Notes: generated by a model not told the origin, from the sequence alone. Positions 1 through 9,667 are shown, counted from the stretch's first letter. The stretch: DNA of 64,000 bases from Minisyncoccia bacterium (GCA_049997855.1 JBEKSG010000001.1:58059-122058); one strand, 5' to 3'. Numbers and translations: made by a program.

Positions 1-1372
1 GGTCGGGGATCCAGGCGGCCGTGTTGAGGTCGTGCGTACGGCGGCGTTCGTCGCCGGTGTTTTTGCGAAGCTCGATAAAGTCTTCGATGTCGGCATGCCA
101 ATACTCGAGGTATACCGCGGCAGCGCCGCGGCGGCGGCCCGAGCGGTTGATGGAGATGGTAACGTCGTTGGCGATTTTAAGAAACGGGATGACCCCCTGG
201 CTCTCCACGCCGGTGCTTTTAACAATGGAACCGGTTGCACGCACGGGCGTCCAGTCGATGCCGAGGCCGCCCGCATATTTAAGGAGTTGCGCGCCATCGG
301 AGTAGTTTTTAAATATTGCATGGAGGTCGTCCGGCACCGTGGAGAGAAAGCACGACGAGAGCTGTGCGCGCACGAGCCCCGAGTGATAGAGCGTGGGGGA
401 GGACGGCGTGTAATACATCGTACTCATGACCTCGTAAAACTCAACAGCATAGCGGTTGCGCTCTTCCGGAGTTTTCTCGGCCAAGGCAATGCCCATCGCT
501 ATACGCATCCAAAAGATTTGCGGCGTCTCGAGGAGCTTGCGATTGCGGTGCTCTTTGGAAAGATAGTTGCTTTGCAATGTTTGAAGGCCGAGATACTTAA
601 ACTCATGATCGCGCTCGAGCGCGAGTGCGTCGGCTAAACGCGGCAAATCAAACTGTGCCATCTCCGGGTTAAATTGTCCGAGCTGCACGCCGCGCTTGAT
701 GGTTTGTATAAACGCATCTTTTTGTGCTTCCTCAATTTTTGCAGGTTCATGCTTGCCAAATACCTGGCTATACATCGATTGCAAAAGCAGACGAGCCGCC
801 ACCGTGGAGTGCGCCGGGTCGCGCTCGATCATCGAGCGCACCACCATAATGAGCACCTCGTGTATGTCTTTGGTAGAGATGCCTTCGTAGAGCTCGGTGC
901 GCACGCGGCTGACGATTGCCGGCACATCGACAACAGCCTCAAAGCCGCGCGCGGCGCGCAACAGCGTGCGCGTGAGCTTTGCTTCGCTAAAATACTCTTT
1001 GGTGCCTTCTTTTTTAGTGACAAGGAGCGCGTTTTCTCCTATTTTTTCGGCAATTTCCTGCTTTTTTTCTTCGCGCTTTTTTTCGTGCTCGTACCGGTAT
1101 ATGATGTAGTCTTTGGCGACGTTAAAATAGCCGCGCTCCATGAGCGCCGTTTCAACCAAGTCCTGAATATCCTCGACGCCCGGCACAAACGCCGTATTGC
1201 CAAACTTAAGGTCGATAGCGTCGACTACCGCGCGCATGATGTCCGAGGCATCGGCGTTGTGGGAGTCGCCGAGCACCGCGGCAAACGCTTTTTGGACAGC
1301 GATAGTTATTTTAACGGGGTCAAAGTCTGCTATCTCGCCGTTGCGCTTTTTAATCTTTTGCGTAATTGCCAT
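1..1372 (-). CDS. nrdA: Ribonucleotide reductase class I alpha subunit (partial, 5' part; continues beyond window start)
   Basis: Reverse-strand translation from ATG at 1370-1372 gives MAITQKIKKRNGEIADFDPVKI (ATP-cone), then ...GRRRGAAAVYLEYWHADIEDFIELRKNTGDERRRTHDLNTA, the conserved RNR large-subunit active-site region. Frame is open to position 1. Not in ORF track because it runs off the window. The plus-strand ORFs 32..637 and 674..1393 are antisense artefacts. Confidence 0.85.
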   Translation of the reverse strand, partial: MAITQKIKKRNGEIADFDPVKITIAVQKAFAAVLGDSHNADASDIMRAVVDAIDLKFGNTAFVPGVEDIQDLVETALMERGYFNVAKDYIIYRYEHEKKREEKKQEIAEKIGENALLVTKKEGTKEYFSEAKLTRTLLRAARGFEAVVDVPAIVSRVRTELYEGISTKDIHEVLIMVVRSMIERDPAHSTVAARLLLQSMYSQVFGKHEPAKIEEAQKDAFIQTIKRGVQLGQFNPEMAQFDLPRLADALALERDHEFKYLGLQTLQSNYLSKEHRNRKLLETPQIFWMRIAMGIALAEKTPEERNRYAVEFYEVMSTMYYTPSSPTLYHSGLVRAQLSSCFLSTVPDDLHAIFKNYSDGAQLLKYAGGLGIDWTPVRATGSIVKSTGVESQGVIPFLKIANDVTISINRSGRRRGAAAVYLEYWHADIEDFIELRKNTGDERRRTHDLNTAAWIPD

Positions 1373-1515
1373 ACCCAGTTCATATTATTGTAGTAATAGG
1401 TGTTAAAAAATTTAAAAAGGTTTGGCGTCTCAACGGGTCGGTTTTTGATTTTTGAGACGGATGTCAATTATACCTTTTTGAAGGATTAAATTCTGTGTAT
1501 AAGCCAGTCGGCAAT

Positions 1516-1549
1516 GTTTTTGCAAAAAATCAACACTTATTTTGCAAAA
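1516..1549. promoter_or_regulatory. Two copies of palindrome TTTTGCAAAA (1516-1527 and 1540-1549), centres about 23 bp apart, in the nrdA upstream/divergent region
   Basis: 12-bp perfect palindrome TTTTTGCAAAAA plus a second TTTTGCAAAA core seen directly in the sequence. Candidate operator; does not match the canonical NrdR box. Confidence 0.25.
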
Positions 1550-1648
1550 CGAGCACCGGCAAGCATGTTTTGAGTGATTTTTGTATGAATGTAGCCTAAA
1601 AATAACCCTCATTTTCCCACCAAAAACGCTCTAGGCGCCTTTTTCTTT

Positions 1649-1668
1649 TACAAATCTGTTGTAAAATA
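1649..1668 (+). promoter_or_regulatory. 20-nt element TACAAATCTGTTGTAAAATA containing a -10-like TAAAAT immediately abutting a start codon; exact second copy at 38985-39004
   Basis: Identical 20-mer at two loci 37 kb apart, each placing TAAAAT 6-7 nt upstream of an ATG, which implies leaderless transcripts. Confidence 0.4.
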
Positions 1669-2174
1669 TGCTTATGGAAACACACCACCAGAGCGATGGG
1701 CAAAATTTTTGGAACTTTATTTTTTCTATTCTTTTTATTGCAGTACTCGCGGGTTCTCTATGGCTCATGAAGGCGGTGCGCGGCGGCTATCTCGTTTCCG
1801 TGCCGCCGTTTGACGCGCTCCTCATGGCGCTCGCGTCGTTTCGCATTACGCGCCTCGTCGTATACGACAAAATCAGCCGCTGGTTTCGCGATTTGTTTCA
1901 ACATGCCGAGACAGGAGTCATGCGCACAATACGAGACCTCCTCGGTTGTCCGTGGTGCATCGGATTTTGGTCGGCGCTCGTGATTGTCGTAGGATATTTT
2001 ATCTTTCCATGGGCATGGTCGGTCATCTTCTTTTTGGCAGTGGCCGGCGTGGGCTCGCTTATACAGCTCTATGCCAACCAGATAGGCTGGCGCGCCGAAA
2101 ATTTAAAGCTCGATGCTCAAGAAAAAGAGGAGTGCCTGAGGGCGGAGATAGACCGCACCTCGCTCGGCAACTAG
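1668..2174 (+). CDS. DUF1360-like integral membrane protein (CPWC motif); true start possibly the second ATG at 1674
   Basis: ORF track; hydrophobic helices, GCPWCIGFW motif typical of the DUF1360 family. Confidence 0.5.
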   Translation: MLMETHHQSDGQNFWNFIFSILFIAVLAGSLWLMKAVRGGYLVSVPPFDALLMALASFRITRLVVYDKISRWFRDLFQHAETGVMRTIRDLLGCPWCIGFWSALVIVVGYFIFPWAWSVIFFLAVAGVGSLIQLYANQIGWRAENLKLDAQEKEECLRAEIDRTSLGN

Positions 2175-2180
2175 CACTAC

Positions 2181-2660
2181 CTAAAACCGGATTGGTATAT
2201 CAAGCTCTTTTTGCTTTGCCGGGTCGCCCGATGGATTGTCGTTTTTTAGCACCAACGTGCCGGTAGAGCCTGTCGGCTGGGCGGGGAAGGTGAGCGTTGC
2301 AGTAAACGGCACAAAGTCGGCGGTCGTCCAATCACTCTCAGCTTGGCCTTGACCTTGTGCTATCACCGTACCCGCGGCGTCTTTTAAGGTAATAGGAAAA
2401 ACTGCTTCAAAGTACCACGTGCCGCGTGCTTTTCCTATAATAGTGATTGTTGTTGAGCTGAGTGTAGAGTTTGGAAGCGGAGAAGTTACAACAATTAAAT
2501 CATCAAAAGATGCAGCTGCGGTAGGAGTGGTGGTACTCGTATTGCCAAAGTTTTGGGTAGGAGCCTCGGCCACTTTAGGTCCGGGGATAAAAATAAGAGC
2601 CAATATTCCAAGGACAATAACAATAAAAAGGCATATAACGATAATCCATCCTTTTTCCAT
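2181..2660 (-). CDS. Membrane-anchored Gmad2/Ig-like domain protein
   Basis: N-terminal TM anchor, Thr/Ser-rich linker, then GKARGTWYFEAVFPITLKDAAGTVIAQGQGQAESDW resembling the Gmad2 immunoglobulin-like domain. Confidence 0.45.
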   Translation of the reverse strand: MEKGWIIVICLFIVIVLGILALIFIPGPKVAEAPTQNFGNTSTTTPTAAASFDDLIVVTSPLPNSTLSSTTITIIGKARGTWYFEAVFPITLKDAAGTVIAQGQGQAESDWTTADFVPFTATLTFPAQPTGSTGTLVLKNDNPSGDPAKQKELDIPIRF

Positions 2661-2704
2661 GCGTACACTATAACATTCGTATGTTTTTGCGGTAGACTAA
2701 CCAT

Positions 2705-3901
2705 ATGGCGTCTCGTACGCATATTTTTGTACTCGGCCTCTGCGCTCTTTTATGTGCAGGGATGGGCAGTTTTGCAATACCAGCGCATGCACAAGACTCC
2801 AGCACCAGCCAGGGAGACCAAACGCAAGCAACCTCCGACGGCCTCAACGATGTTGTTACCTACGTTAAAGCGCAGGTAACGCAAGTATTGAGCCAAACCA
2901 CCAAAATAATTCCCGGCACGGACACCAGCTCGCCGTACCAAACTATCAAGGCAAAACTGCTCGACGGCCCCGACGCAGGACAAGTGATTGAAGTCGACAA
3001 CGACTACCTGATGATGAAGCCGGGCGACGTGTTTTATTTTAGGCATACGGTCAACACGGGCGAGGGCATCGACTTTTACTCGGTGTCCGATCCGTACCGC
3101 CTGCCGGTGTTGGAGTTTTTAATCGCGCTGTTTGTCGTTTTTCTTTTTATCATCGGCGGCAAGCAAGGGATACGCGGCCTTTTGGCGCTTATCGCGAGCT
3201 TCTTTTTTATCGGTTACCTGCTTTTGCCCGGCATTTTGCACGGCTACTCGCCAATTGTAGTGAGCGTATGCGTGTCGTCGCTCATTATTATATTGGGCTC
3301 CTACATAACGCACGGATTTAATCGCGCCACCACTGCGGCTGTTATCGGTATGATAGCCACGATTATCGTGACCGGCCTGTTGGCTTATCTGTCGATACAC
3401 TCCGCGCACCTCTCTGGCTTTACCAGCGAGGAAGCGACCTATCTCAACTTTGACACGCGCGGCTCGATCGATTTTGTCGGACTTTTGCTTGGGAGCATGA
3501 TGATAGGCCTCCTTGGCGTGCTCTACGATGCGGCCATTAGCCAGGCCGTGGCCGTGGAGGAGCTCTTTGCTATGGGCGCAAACAATGAGGAACATGCGCA
3601 TTCTCGCCATGTGTTTGTACGCGCGATGCGCATCGGTCGCGAACACATCGGTGCGTTGGTAAACACGCTAGCAATTACCTATGTGGGTGCGTCGCTTCCG
3701 CTCATTTTGCTTTTTGAAGAATCAAATTTAAATTTGTGGGTCACGGTCAACCAGGAAGTGTTTGCCACCGAGATAGTGCGCATGATGATAGGCTCGATTG
3801 GCCTCATCCTCGCGGTGCCTGTTACCACCGCGGTGGCAGTGTATATGCTCGCAGGAAAAAAGATACCTCTCAGTGCTATCCACAAAGGCCACCATCACTA
3901 A
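2705..3901 (+). CDS. YibE/F family membrane protein (signal peptide, extracytoplasmic N-domain, polytopic C-terminal part)
   Basis: ORF track; paralogous over its TM region to ORF 35206..35955; C-terminal His-rich tail HKGHHH. Confidence 0.55.
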   Translation: MASRTHIFVLGLCALLCAGMGSFAIPAHAQDSSTSQGDQTQATSDGLNDVVTYVKAQVTQVLSQTTKIIPGTDTSSPYQTIKAKLLDGPDAGQVIEVDNDYLMMKPGDVFYFRHTVNTGEGIDFYSVSDPYRLPVLEFLIALFVVFLFIIGGKQGIRGLLALIASFFFIGYLLLPGILHGYSPIVVSVCVSSLIIILGSYITHGFNRATTAAVIGMIATIIVTGLLAYLSIHSAHLSGFTSEEATYLNFDTRGSIDFVGLLLGSMMIGLLGVLYDAAISQAVAVEELFAMGANNEEHAHSRHVFVRAMRIGREHIGALVNTLAITYVGASLPLILLFEESNLNLWVTVNQEVFATEIVRMMIGSIGLILAVPVTTAVAVYMLAGKKIPLSAIHKGHHH

Positions 3902-3937
3902 TTGCAACTTATTTGCGTTTGTGATAAGGTAAAGGCA

Positions 3938-4369
3938 ATGAAGAAGGCCACGGTAGATTTAAAAGCGGCGCTTAAGGGAGCGGGGTTTAAAGCGACGCCT
4001 GGACGTTTACAGCTTTTGGAGCTTTTAGCTCACACCGATGAGCCTTTAAGCGTGCTCAAAATCCAAAAAAGGCTTGGTAAAAAGCTCAATGAAGTGACGC
4101 TATACCGCGCGCTCGAGGCTTTTACAGCAGCTGGTTTGGTACGCCGTGTCGACTTAGGCCACGACCACGCGCATTACGAGCTTGCACTCGGCCGTGCGCA
4201 TCACGACCATCTCGTGTGCACTAAATGCGGAGCGATAGAAGATATCGAAGGTTGTGCGCTTGTGCCGCTTCAAAAAAAGACACTCAAGCGGTCGCATTTT
4301 AAAAGCATTTACTCGCATAATTTGGAGTTTTTCGGCCTGTGCCGAGCATGCTCGAAGTACTATGAATAG
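3938..4369 (+). CDS. zur: Fur-family metalloregulator, likely zinc uptake regulator
   Basis: MKKATVDLKAALKGAGFKATPGRLQLLELL winged helix, HHDHLVCTKCG...E metal site; sits directly upstream of znuABC with ATGA overlap. Confidence 0.75.
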   Translation: MKKATVDLKAALKGAGFKATPGRLQLLELLAHTDEPLSVLKIQKRLGKKLNEVTLYRALEAFTAAGLVRRVDLGHDHAHYELALGRAHHDHLVCTKCGAIEDIEGCALVPLQKKTLKRSHFKSIYSHNLEFFGLCRACSKYYE

Positions 4370-5291
4370 AAACTGGCTTGTTGGAATCGTAGTCATTATT
4401 GTTCTCGTTACCGGCGGTTTTCTTATCTTTAGACGTGCCCCTGCGCCTAACGGCGGAGCGGCATCAAGTGGCGTTGTGCAAGTAGTTGCGGCGGAAAATT
4501 TTTGGGGCAGTATCGTATCGCAAATCGGCGGCGCGCACGTACAAGTTTTGAGTATCGTCTCAGACCCTAATGCCGACCCGCATGAGTACGAAAGCAATGC
4601 GAGCAACGCACGCGCGGTCTCTAATGCCGCTTATGTGATTGAAAACGGCGTCGGATACGACAGCTGGATGGACAAACTGTTATCCGCCGGTGGCAGCAAT
4701 CCCAACCGCAAAGTATTAAACGTGGGCCAGCTTGTCGGCAAACAGGAAGGCGACAATCCGCACCTCTGGTATAACCCTGTGTACGTCAACCAAGCCGCCG
4801 CGCAAATGGAGCAAGACTTAATCACAATTGACCCTTCCGACAAAGCGGATTTTGAGAAAAATTACCAAACATTGCAGTCCAACTTGGCTGAATACCAAAA
4901 CCGCATCGTTTCTATTAAGCAACAATATGCCGGCACCAACGTTGCCGCGACCGAAGATATTTTTGCTTATCTTGCCGCGGCAGCCGGGCTCAACCTCATC
5001 TCTCCTCCCGCATTCATTGAGGCAGTTGCCGAAGGCAATGACCCGCCTGCTCAAAGCGTCGTTGAGTTTGAAAATCAATTGAAAGCAAAAGAACCGGTAG
5101 TGCTTGTGTACAATGAACAAACAGTGACGCCTTTGACCGAGAACGTCAAAGCGCTCGCGGCGCAGGAGAATATTCCAGTCATCGGCGTTACCGAAACTAT
5201 CCAACCGCCGGATGCGACGTTCGAGGAATGGATGAACGCCGAGCTGATTGATCTGCAGAACGCTCTTAATGCAAACGTACTGGGACAATAA
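4362..5291 (+). CDS. znuA: Metal (zinc) ABC transporter substrate-binding protein, TroA/ZnuA family
   Basis: TM anchor then conserved SIVSDPNADPHEYE and TroA-like fold signature; operon context. Confidence 0.75.
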   Translation: MNRNWLVGIVVIIVLVTGGFLIFRRAPAPNGGAASSGVVQVVAAENFWGSIVSQIGGAHVQVLSIVSDPNADPHEYESNASNARAVSNAAYVIENGVGYDSWMDKLLSAGGSNPNRKVLNVGQLVGKQEGDNPHLWYNPVYVNQAAAQMEQDLITIDPSDKADFEKNYQTLQSNLAEYQNRIVSIKQQYAGTNVAATEDIFAYLAAAAGLNLISPPAFIEAVAEGNDPPAQSVVEFENQLKAKEPVVLVYNEQTVTPLTENVKALAAQENIPVIGVTETIQPPDATFEEWMNAELIDLQNALNANVLGQ

Positions 5292-5295
5292 CAAC

Positions 5296-6081
5296 ATGAA
5301 CGAACCAGTTATTACCGCAAAAAATTTAGCGGGAGGATATGCGAGTGTCCTCATATGGAAGAATGCAAGCTTCTCAATACATAAAGGTGAGTTTGTTGCG
5401 GTACTGGGGCCCAACGGCGCCGGCAAGACGACGCTGTTTCGACTTTTGCTTGGATTGGTTCAGCCTTTACAAGGCACTCTTTCCATTTTGGGTAGAAGTC
5501 CTACGCGCGGCAATCCGCGCATCGGCTACGTGCCCCAGCGTCATCACATAGACAGCGAAACAACCATCGAGGCTCTTGAGTTGGTGCGCCTCGGGGTTGA
5601 TGGCAATCATTGGGGTGTTGAAATCTCTGCCGATGCAAAAACGGAGGCTCTTGCCGCCCTTAAAACTGTTGGGGCGGAGGCATTAGCGCATCGACCGCTA
5701 GGCGCCCTCTCCGGCGGCGAGCTCCAGCGCATTTTCCTCGCTCAAGCATTAGTCGGCAAACCAGACCTGCTGTTGCTCGATGAGCCGCTTGCCAATCTCG
5801 ATATCCGCAGAGAGTCAAATTTTGTGCAGCTTATCAACAACGTCGTGCGCTCGCAAGGCGTTACGGTTTTGCTTATTGCACACAACATTAATCCGCTGTT
5901 CCCAGTGCTCGACCGCGTGATGTATGTGGCAAACGGCCATATCGCTACGGGCAAGCCGCATGAAGTGCTGACTTCCGAATCATTAAGCAAGCTGTACGAT
6001 ACACAGGTCGAAGTACTGCGAGACTCGCGCGGCAGGATAGCTATCGTCGGTACCGAAGAACCCGCGCACCACCATGAATAA
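5296..6081 (+). CDS. znuC: Metal ABC transporter ATP-binding protein
   Basis: Walker A GPNGAGKTT, signature LSGGELQR, Walker B LLLLDEP. Confidence 0.85.
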   Translation: MNEPVITAKNLAGGYASVLIWKNASFSIHKGEFVAVLGPNGAGKTTLFRLLLGLVQPLQGTLSILGRSPTRGNPRIGYVPQRHHIDSETTIEALELVRLGVDGNHWGVEISADAKTEALAALKTVGAEALAHRPLGALSGGELQRIFLAQALVGKPDLLLLDEPLANLDIRRESNFVQLINNVVRSQGVTVLLIAHNINPLFPVLDRVMYVANGHIATGKPHEVLTSESLSKLYDTQVEVLRDSRGRIAIVGTEEPAHHHE

Positions 6082-6919
6082 CGTAACGTTCAGCTTCAAC
6101 ATCATAGGCGATCTGCAAAACATGCTGCAGTACGATTTCATGTTGCATGCGTTTGAGGCGGGAACAATAGTTGCTATTGTCGCCGGTGTTGTCGGCTACT
6201 TCGTCGTATTGCGGCGCTCGTCGTTTGCGGCGCACGCACTTTCACACATCGGTTTTGCCGGAGCGGCAGGAGCCGTGCTTTTTGGCTTCAGTCCGCTTCT
6301 GGGGCTTTTGGCATTTACCACCGGAGGCGGCGTTGTTATGGCGACACTCGGTCGCAAAGCGGCAAGCCGCGATGTACAAATCGGGACAGTGTTGGCTTTT
6401 ATGCTCGGTCTCGGTGTTTTGTTTATCAGCCTGTACTCCGGCTACGCCACCGAAGCGTATTCGCTTCTTTTTGGCGAGATTTTGGGTATCAGCAGTACGG
6501 ATGTGCTGGTAACGCTTATCGCGGGGCTTATATTGCTTGCGGCAGTAGCCGTTTTGTATCGGCCACTGTTATTTACTTCGCTCGATGAAGATGTCGCTGA
6601 AGCAAAAGGGGTATCAATTTTCTGGCTTGGCGTTGCATTCATGATTTTGGTTGCAGTTGCAACCTCTATTGCGGTGCAGGTGGTGGGCGTACTGCTCATA
6701 TTTGCGCTCATGGTCACGCCCGCCGCTATAGCAGAGCGGATAGCTCGCCGCCCCGCTCAAGGCATAGCGATATCGATAGGCGTCGCCTTGCTTGCGACAT
6801 GGTTTGGGCTTTTTATTTCGTTTTATCTACCCTATCCGGTAAGCTTCTTTATCACGACTATAACATTTGCTATGTATCTCATAGTGCGTTTTTACAGAGG
6901 TTATTTTTACAGAGGTTAA
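6074..6919 (+). CDS. znuB: Metal ABC transporter permease (ABC-3 family)
   Basis: Polytopic membrane protein overlapping znuC stop. C-terminal RFYRGYFYRG is encoded by a 14-nt tandem duplication, and the stop lies inside the REP element. Confidence 0.75.
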   Translation: MNNVTFSFNIIGDLQNMLQYDFMLHAFEAGTIVAIVAGVVGYFVVLRRSSFAAHALSHIGFAGAAGAVLFGFSPLLGLLAFTTGGGVVMATLGRKAASRDVQIGTVLAFMLGLGVLFISLYSGYATEAYSLLFGEILGISSTDVLVTLIAGLILLAAVAVLYRPLLFTSLDEDVAEAKGVSIFWLGVAFMILVAVATSIAVQVVGVLLIFALMVTPAAIAERIARRPAQGIAISIGVALLATWFGLFISFYLPYPVSFFITTITFAMYLIVRFYRGYFYRG

Positions 6920-6956
6920 ACCTTCGTTACAACTTACGAAGGTTTAACCTCCGTAG
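6911..6956. repeat. REP doublet (inverted pair GAGGTTAAACCTTCGT / ACGAAGGTTTAACCTCCGT) between znuB and pilB
   Basis: Same palindromic family as REPs at 12062-12106, 12792-12829, 13402-13420; also acts as a likely terminator hairpin. Confidence 0.7.
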
Positions 6957-6997
6957 AGACTAGACAGAGAAAGGCTTTTTGGTATAACGGGCGCACT

Positions 6998-8164
6998 ATG
7001 AAACTTGCCTCTGCTCTCGAGGTCAAAACAGCTGCGCCTGTACCTGAGCATGAAGCAAGGATATCCGTCATCGCATTGGTTGACGATATCCTTGCTGAGG
7101 CACACCGACTCGGCGCCTCCGACATACACATCGATCCGCTCCCGCACACGGTGCGCATGCGCCTGCGCGTTGACGGTGTCTTGCATGACACGCGCGAGTT
7201 TCCCAAAAATATCCATCCCGAGGTGATAGCGCGCATCAAAGTGCTCTCGCGCCTCCGCACCGACGAGCATGCCGCCGGCCAGGACGGCCGCTTTCGTTTT
7301 GAAGTGCAAGGCGAGTGCGTCGACGTGCGCGTTTCTATTATGCCCACGTACCACGGCGAAAACGCGGTCTTGCGCTTGCTGTGCGCAAAAGCAAAACAAT
7401 ACTCGCTTGCCGACTTGGGTTTTACCTCGCGTAATCGGGAAAAAATAACGAATGCGATACAAAAACCCGGCGGCATGGTGCTCGCTACCGGCCCAACCGG
7501 GAGCGGCAAAACCACCACGCTCTATACGCTCTTAGATTTGCTTAACTCTAACGAGGTTTCCATCGTCACGATTGAAGACCCGATAGAATATGCCATCGAG
7601 GGTATTGAGCAAATCCAAGTTAATCCGCGCGCCGGGCTCGCATTTGCAAACGGATTGCGCTCAATGTTGCGCCAAGACCCCAACATCATCATGGTGGGCG
7701 AAATACGCGACGCCGAAACGGCGGCTATCGCGGTTAATACCGCGCTGACCGGACATCTTTTGCTCTCGACGCTCCACACCAACGACGCAGCCACGACACT
7801 CCCGCGCCTCCTCGATATGGGCATCGACGCCTATTTGGTGGCGTCGACCATCAATCTCGCTATAGGCCAGCGACTGGTGCGCAACATTTGTGCACACTGC
7901 AAACGGCGCATGCGTGACGGCTCATATAAAGGAACAGGATGCGACGAGTGCGGCGGGAGTGGTTACAAAGGGCGTGTGTGCATAAACGAGGTGCTCGTTG
8001 CGGACGAGCTCTTGCGCGAGGCCATCGTGCACAAAGCCTCTGCCGCGGAGCTCCGGAGCATTGCGATTGCAAACGGCATGGTTACCATGCAAGAAGATGG
8101 TTTTGCAAAAGCAAAAAACGGAGAAACAACACTTGAGGAAGTATTGCGCGTCGTCCGCGAATAA
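6998..8164 (+). CDS. Type IV pilus / type II secretion family assembly ATPase (PilB/GspE/ComGA-like, short form without N-terminal domains)
   Basis: Walker A GPTGSGKTT, Asp box, Walker B, His box, tetracysteine motif CAHC...CDECGGSGYKGR. Confidence 0.85.
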   Translation: MKLASALEVKTAAPVPEHEARISVIALVDDILAEAHRLGASDIHIDPLPHTVRMRLRVDGVLHDTREFPKNIHPEVIARIKVLSRLRTDEHAAGQDGRFRFEVQGECVDVRVSIMPTYHGENAVLRLLCAKAKQYSLADLGFTSRNREKITNAIQKPGGMVLATGPTGSGKTTTLYTLLDLLNSNEVSIVTIEDPIEYAIEGIEQIQVNPRAGLAFANGLRSMLRQDPNIIMVGEIRDAETAAIAVNTALTGHLLLSTLHTNDAATTLPRLLDMGIDAYLVASTINLAIGQRLVRNICAHCKRRMRDGSYKGTGCDECGGSGYKGRVCINEVLVADELLREAIVHKASAAELRSIAIANGMVTMQEDGFAKAKNGETTLEEVLRVVRE

Positions 8165-8169
8165 CCGGC

Positions 8170-9210
8170 ATGCATATGAAAGAACAAATTTTTTTATGCA
8201 AGCGCTTGGCCTATTTGATGAACGCCAATATTTCTTTGGTGGAGAGTCTCGAGATACTGCGCGCACAAGCAGGGGGGCGGAAGCCTCATGCGCTGTTTGA
8301 CCGGATGCTGATTGAAGTGCAAGAAGGGCGCGCGCTTTCGCAGGCCTTTAGCGCGTTTCCGCGTGTGTTTGGCGAATTTTGCGTTTCGATGATACAGGTG
8401 GGCGAGCGCAGCGGTACGCTCCCCGCCGCTCTCGAGCATGTGGCGGTCGAACTTGCAAAAAAGCAGCAGCTCCGTTCAAAAGTGTTGGGCGCTTTTATTT
8501 ATCCGGCAGTTATCGCCCTGGCAACACTCGGCATCACTGTCTTTTTGATGCTGTTTTTGTTTCCTAAAATAATGCCGATATTTAAAAGCCTCCACGCTGA
8601 GCTGCCGATGAGTACGCGCGTGGTGGTTGCCGCAAGTTCTTTTCTCTTGCACGATTGGCTCTTGTTATTGGCAGGCATCGCGCTTGTTGTGGCGGGAGGC
8701 GTTGTTGCGTATACGCGCAATGCGCGCGTGCGGCTCGCGTTTGAGCGCGCATTGCTCATGACGCCCGCGTTTGGCTCGATGCTCAAGAGCTACTATGTTT
8801 CAAACGCAAGCCGCATGCTCGGACTGCTTTTGCAAAGCGGTATGACGCTCCAGGATGCGGTGGTTGTCGCAGCGGAGGCGACCCGCAATCTGGTGTACAA
8901 GCGCGAGCTTGTGGCGCTTAGTGCGGTGGTAGCGCGCGGCGAGTTGTTATCAACTCATCTAGCCGCGCGCGCCGCATACTTCCCGCCGCTCTGTTCGCAC
9001 ATGGTAGCGGTGGGCGAGCGGAGCGGGACGCTCCCCGAAGCGCTCGGTTATGTGGCCGACCTTTACGGCGGCGAGGTCGACGAGCGCGCCAAAATACTCT
9101 CCGCGCTTGTCGAGCCGGTGCTCATGGTGTGCATGGGGCTCCTGGTTGGATTTATTGCTGTCTCCATCATCACTCCTATTTATGGCATCACGCAAAATCT
9201 CCATACCTAA
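8170..9210 (+). CDS. Type IV pilus inner-membrane platform protein (PilC/GspF family)
   Basis: Two GspF repeats with GERSGTL motif twice (VGERSGTLPAALEHV; VGERSGTLPEALGYV). Confidence 0.85.
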   Translation: MHMKEQIFLCKRLAYLMNANISLVESLEILRAQAGGRKPHALFDRMLIEVQEGRALSQAFSAFPRVFGEFCVSMIQVGERSGTLPAALEHVAVELAKKQQLRSKVLGAFIYPAVIALATLGITVFLMLFLFPKIMPIFKSLHAELPMSTRVVVAASSFLLHDWLLLLAGIALVVAGGVVAYTRNARVRLAFERALLMTPAFGSMLKSYYVSNASRMLGLLLQSGMTLQDAVVVAAEATRNLVYKRELVALSAVVARGELLSTHLAARAAYFPPLCSHMVAVGERSGTLPEALGYVADLYGGEVDERAKILSALVEPVLMVCMGLLVGFIAVSIITPIYGITQNLHT

Positions 9211-9667
9211 CAAACACGTGCGCGGATTTACACTCATTGAAGTGCTCGTGGTGCTGGGGATGTTCGCATTAGTTGGCGGATGTTCGCTCGTGATAGGTAT
9301 GGAAAGTTATCGGAGCGGTTCTCTCGCCGATGATCAGGCGTCGCTTGTCTCCGCGCTCCAAGAGGCAAGGAGCCAGGCCATAAGTGCCGTGTGCATCGGC
9401 AGTGCTTGCACGGCCGGGATGCCGCACGGCGTGCATATTACCCGGAAGCAGTTAGTGATTTTTCAAGGCGCTATATATAACGTCAACGACGACACCAATG
9501 ACTATATCCCTCTGCAAGACGCCGCACTTGCGACAAGCGGTTTGAACGACGTGGTATTTGCCGAATATTCGGGCGATGCAAACCCGCCCGGAGATATCGT
9601 CATGTCTGACGGAGCGGAACGTGTTGCCACAACCTCGATAGGCGCCGACGGGCAAATAGTATGGTAG
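9182..9667 (+). CDS. Prepilin-type N-terminal cleavage/methylation domain protein (minor pilin/pseudopilin)
   Basis: Leader MASRKISIPNKHVRG then FTLIEVLVVLG (class III signal, Glu+5). Start chosen inside the longer ORF 9050..9667 because that ORF overlaps pilC out of frame. Confidence 0.65.
   Translation: MASRKISIPNKHVRGFTLIEVLVVLGMFALVGGCSLVIGMESYRSGSLADDQASLVSALQEARSQAISAVCIGSACTAGMPHGVHITRKQLVIFQGAIYNVNDDTNDYIPLQDAALATSGLNDVVFAEYSGDANPPGDIVMSDGAERVATTSIGADGQIVW

Noticed and set aside
32-1393. Plus-strand ORFs 32..637 and 674..1393
   Set aside because: They are antisense to the clearly recognisable ribonucleotide reductase alpha reading frame on the minus strand.
6934-7518. Minus-strand ORFs 6934..7518 and 6944..7462
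   Set aside because: They are antisense to pilB, which has full Walker, Asp and His boxes on the plus strand.
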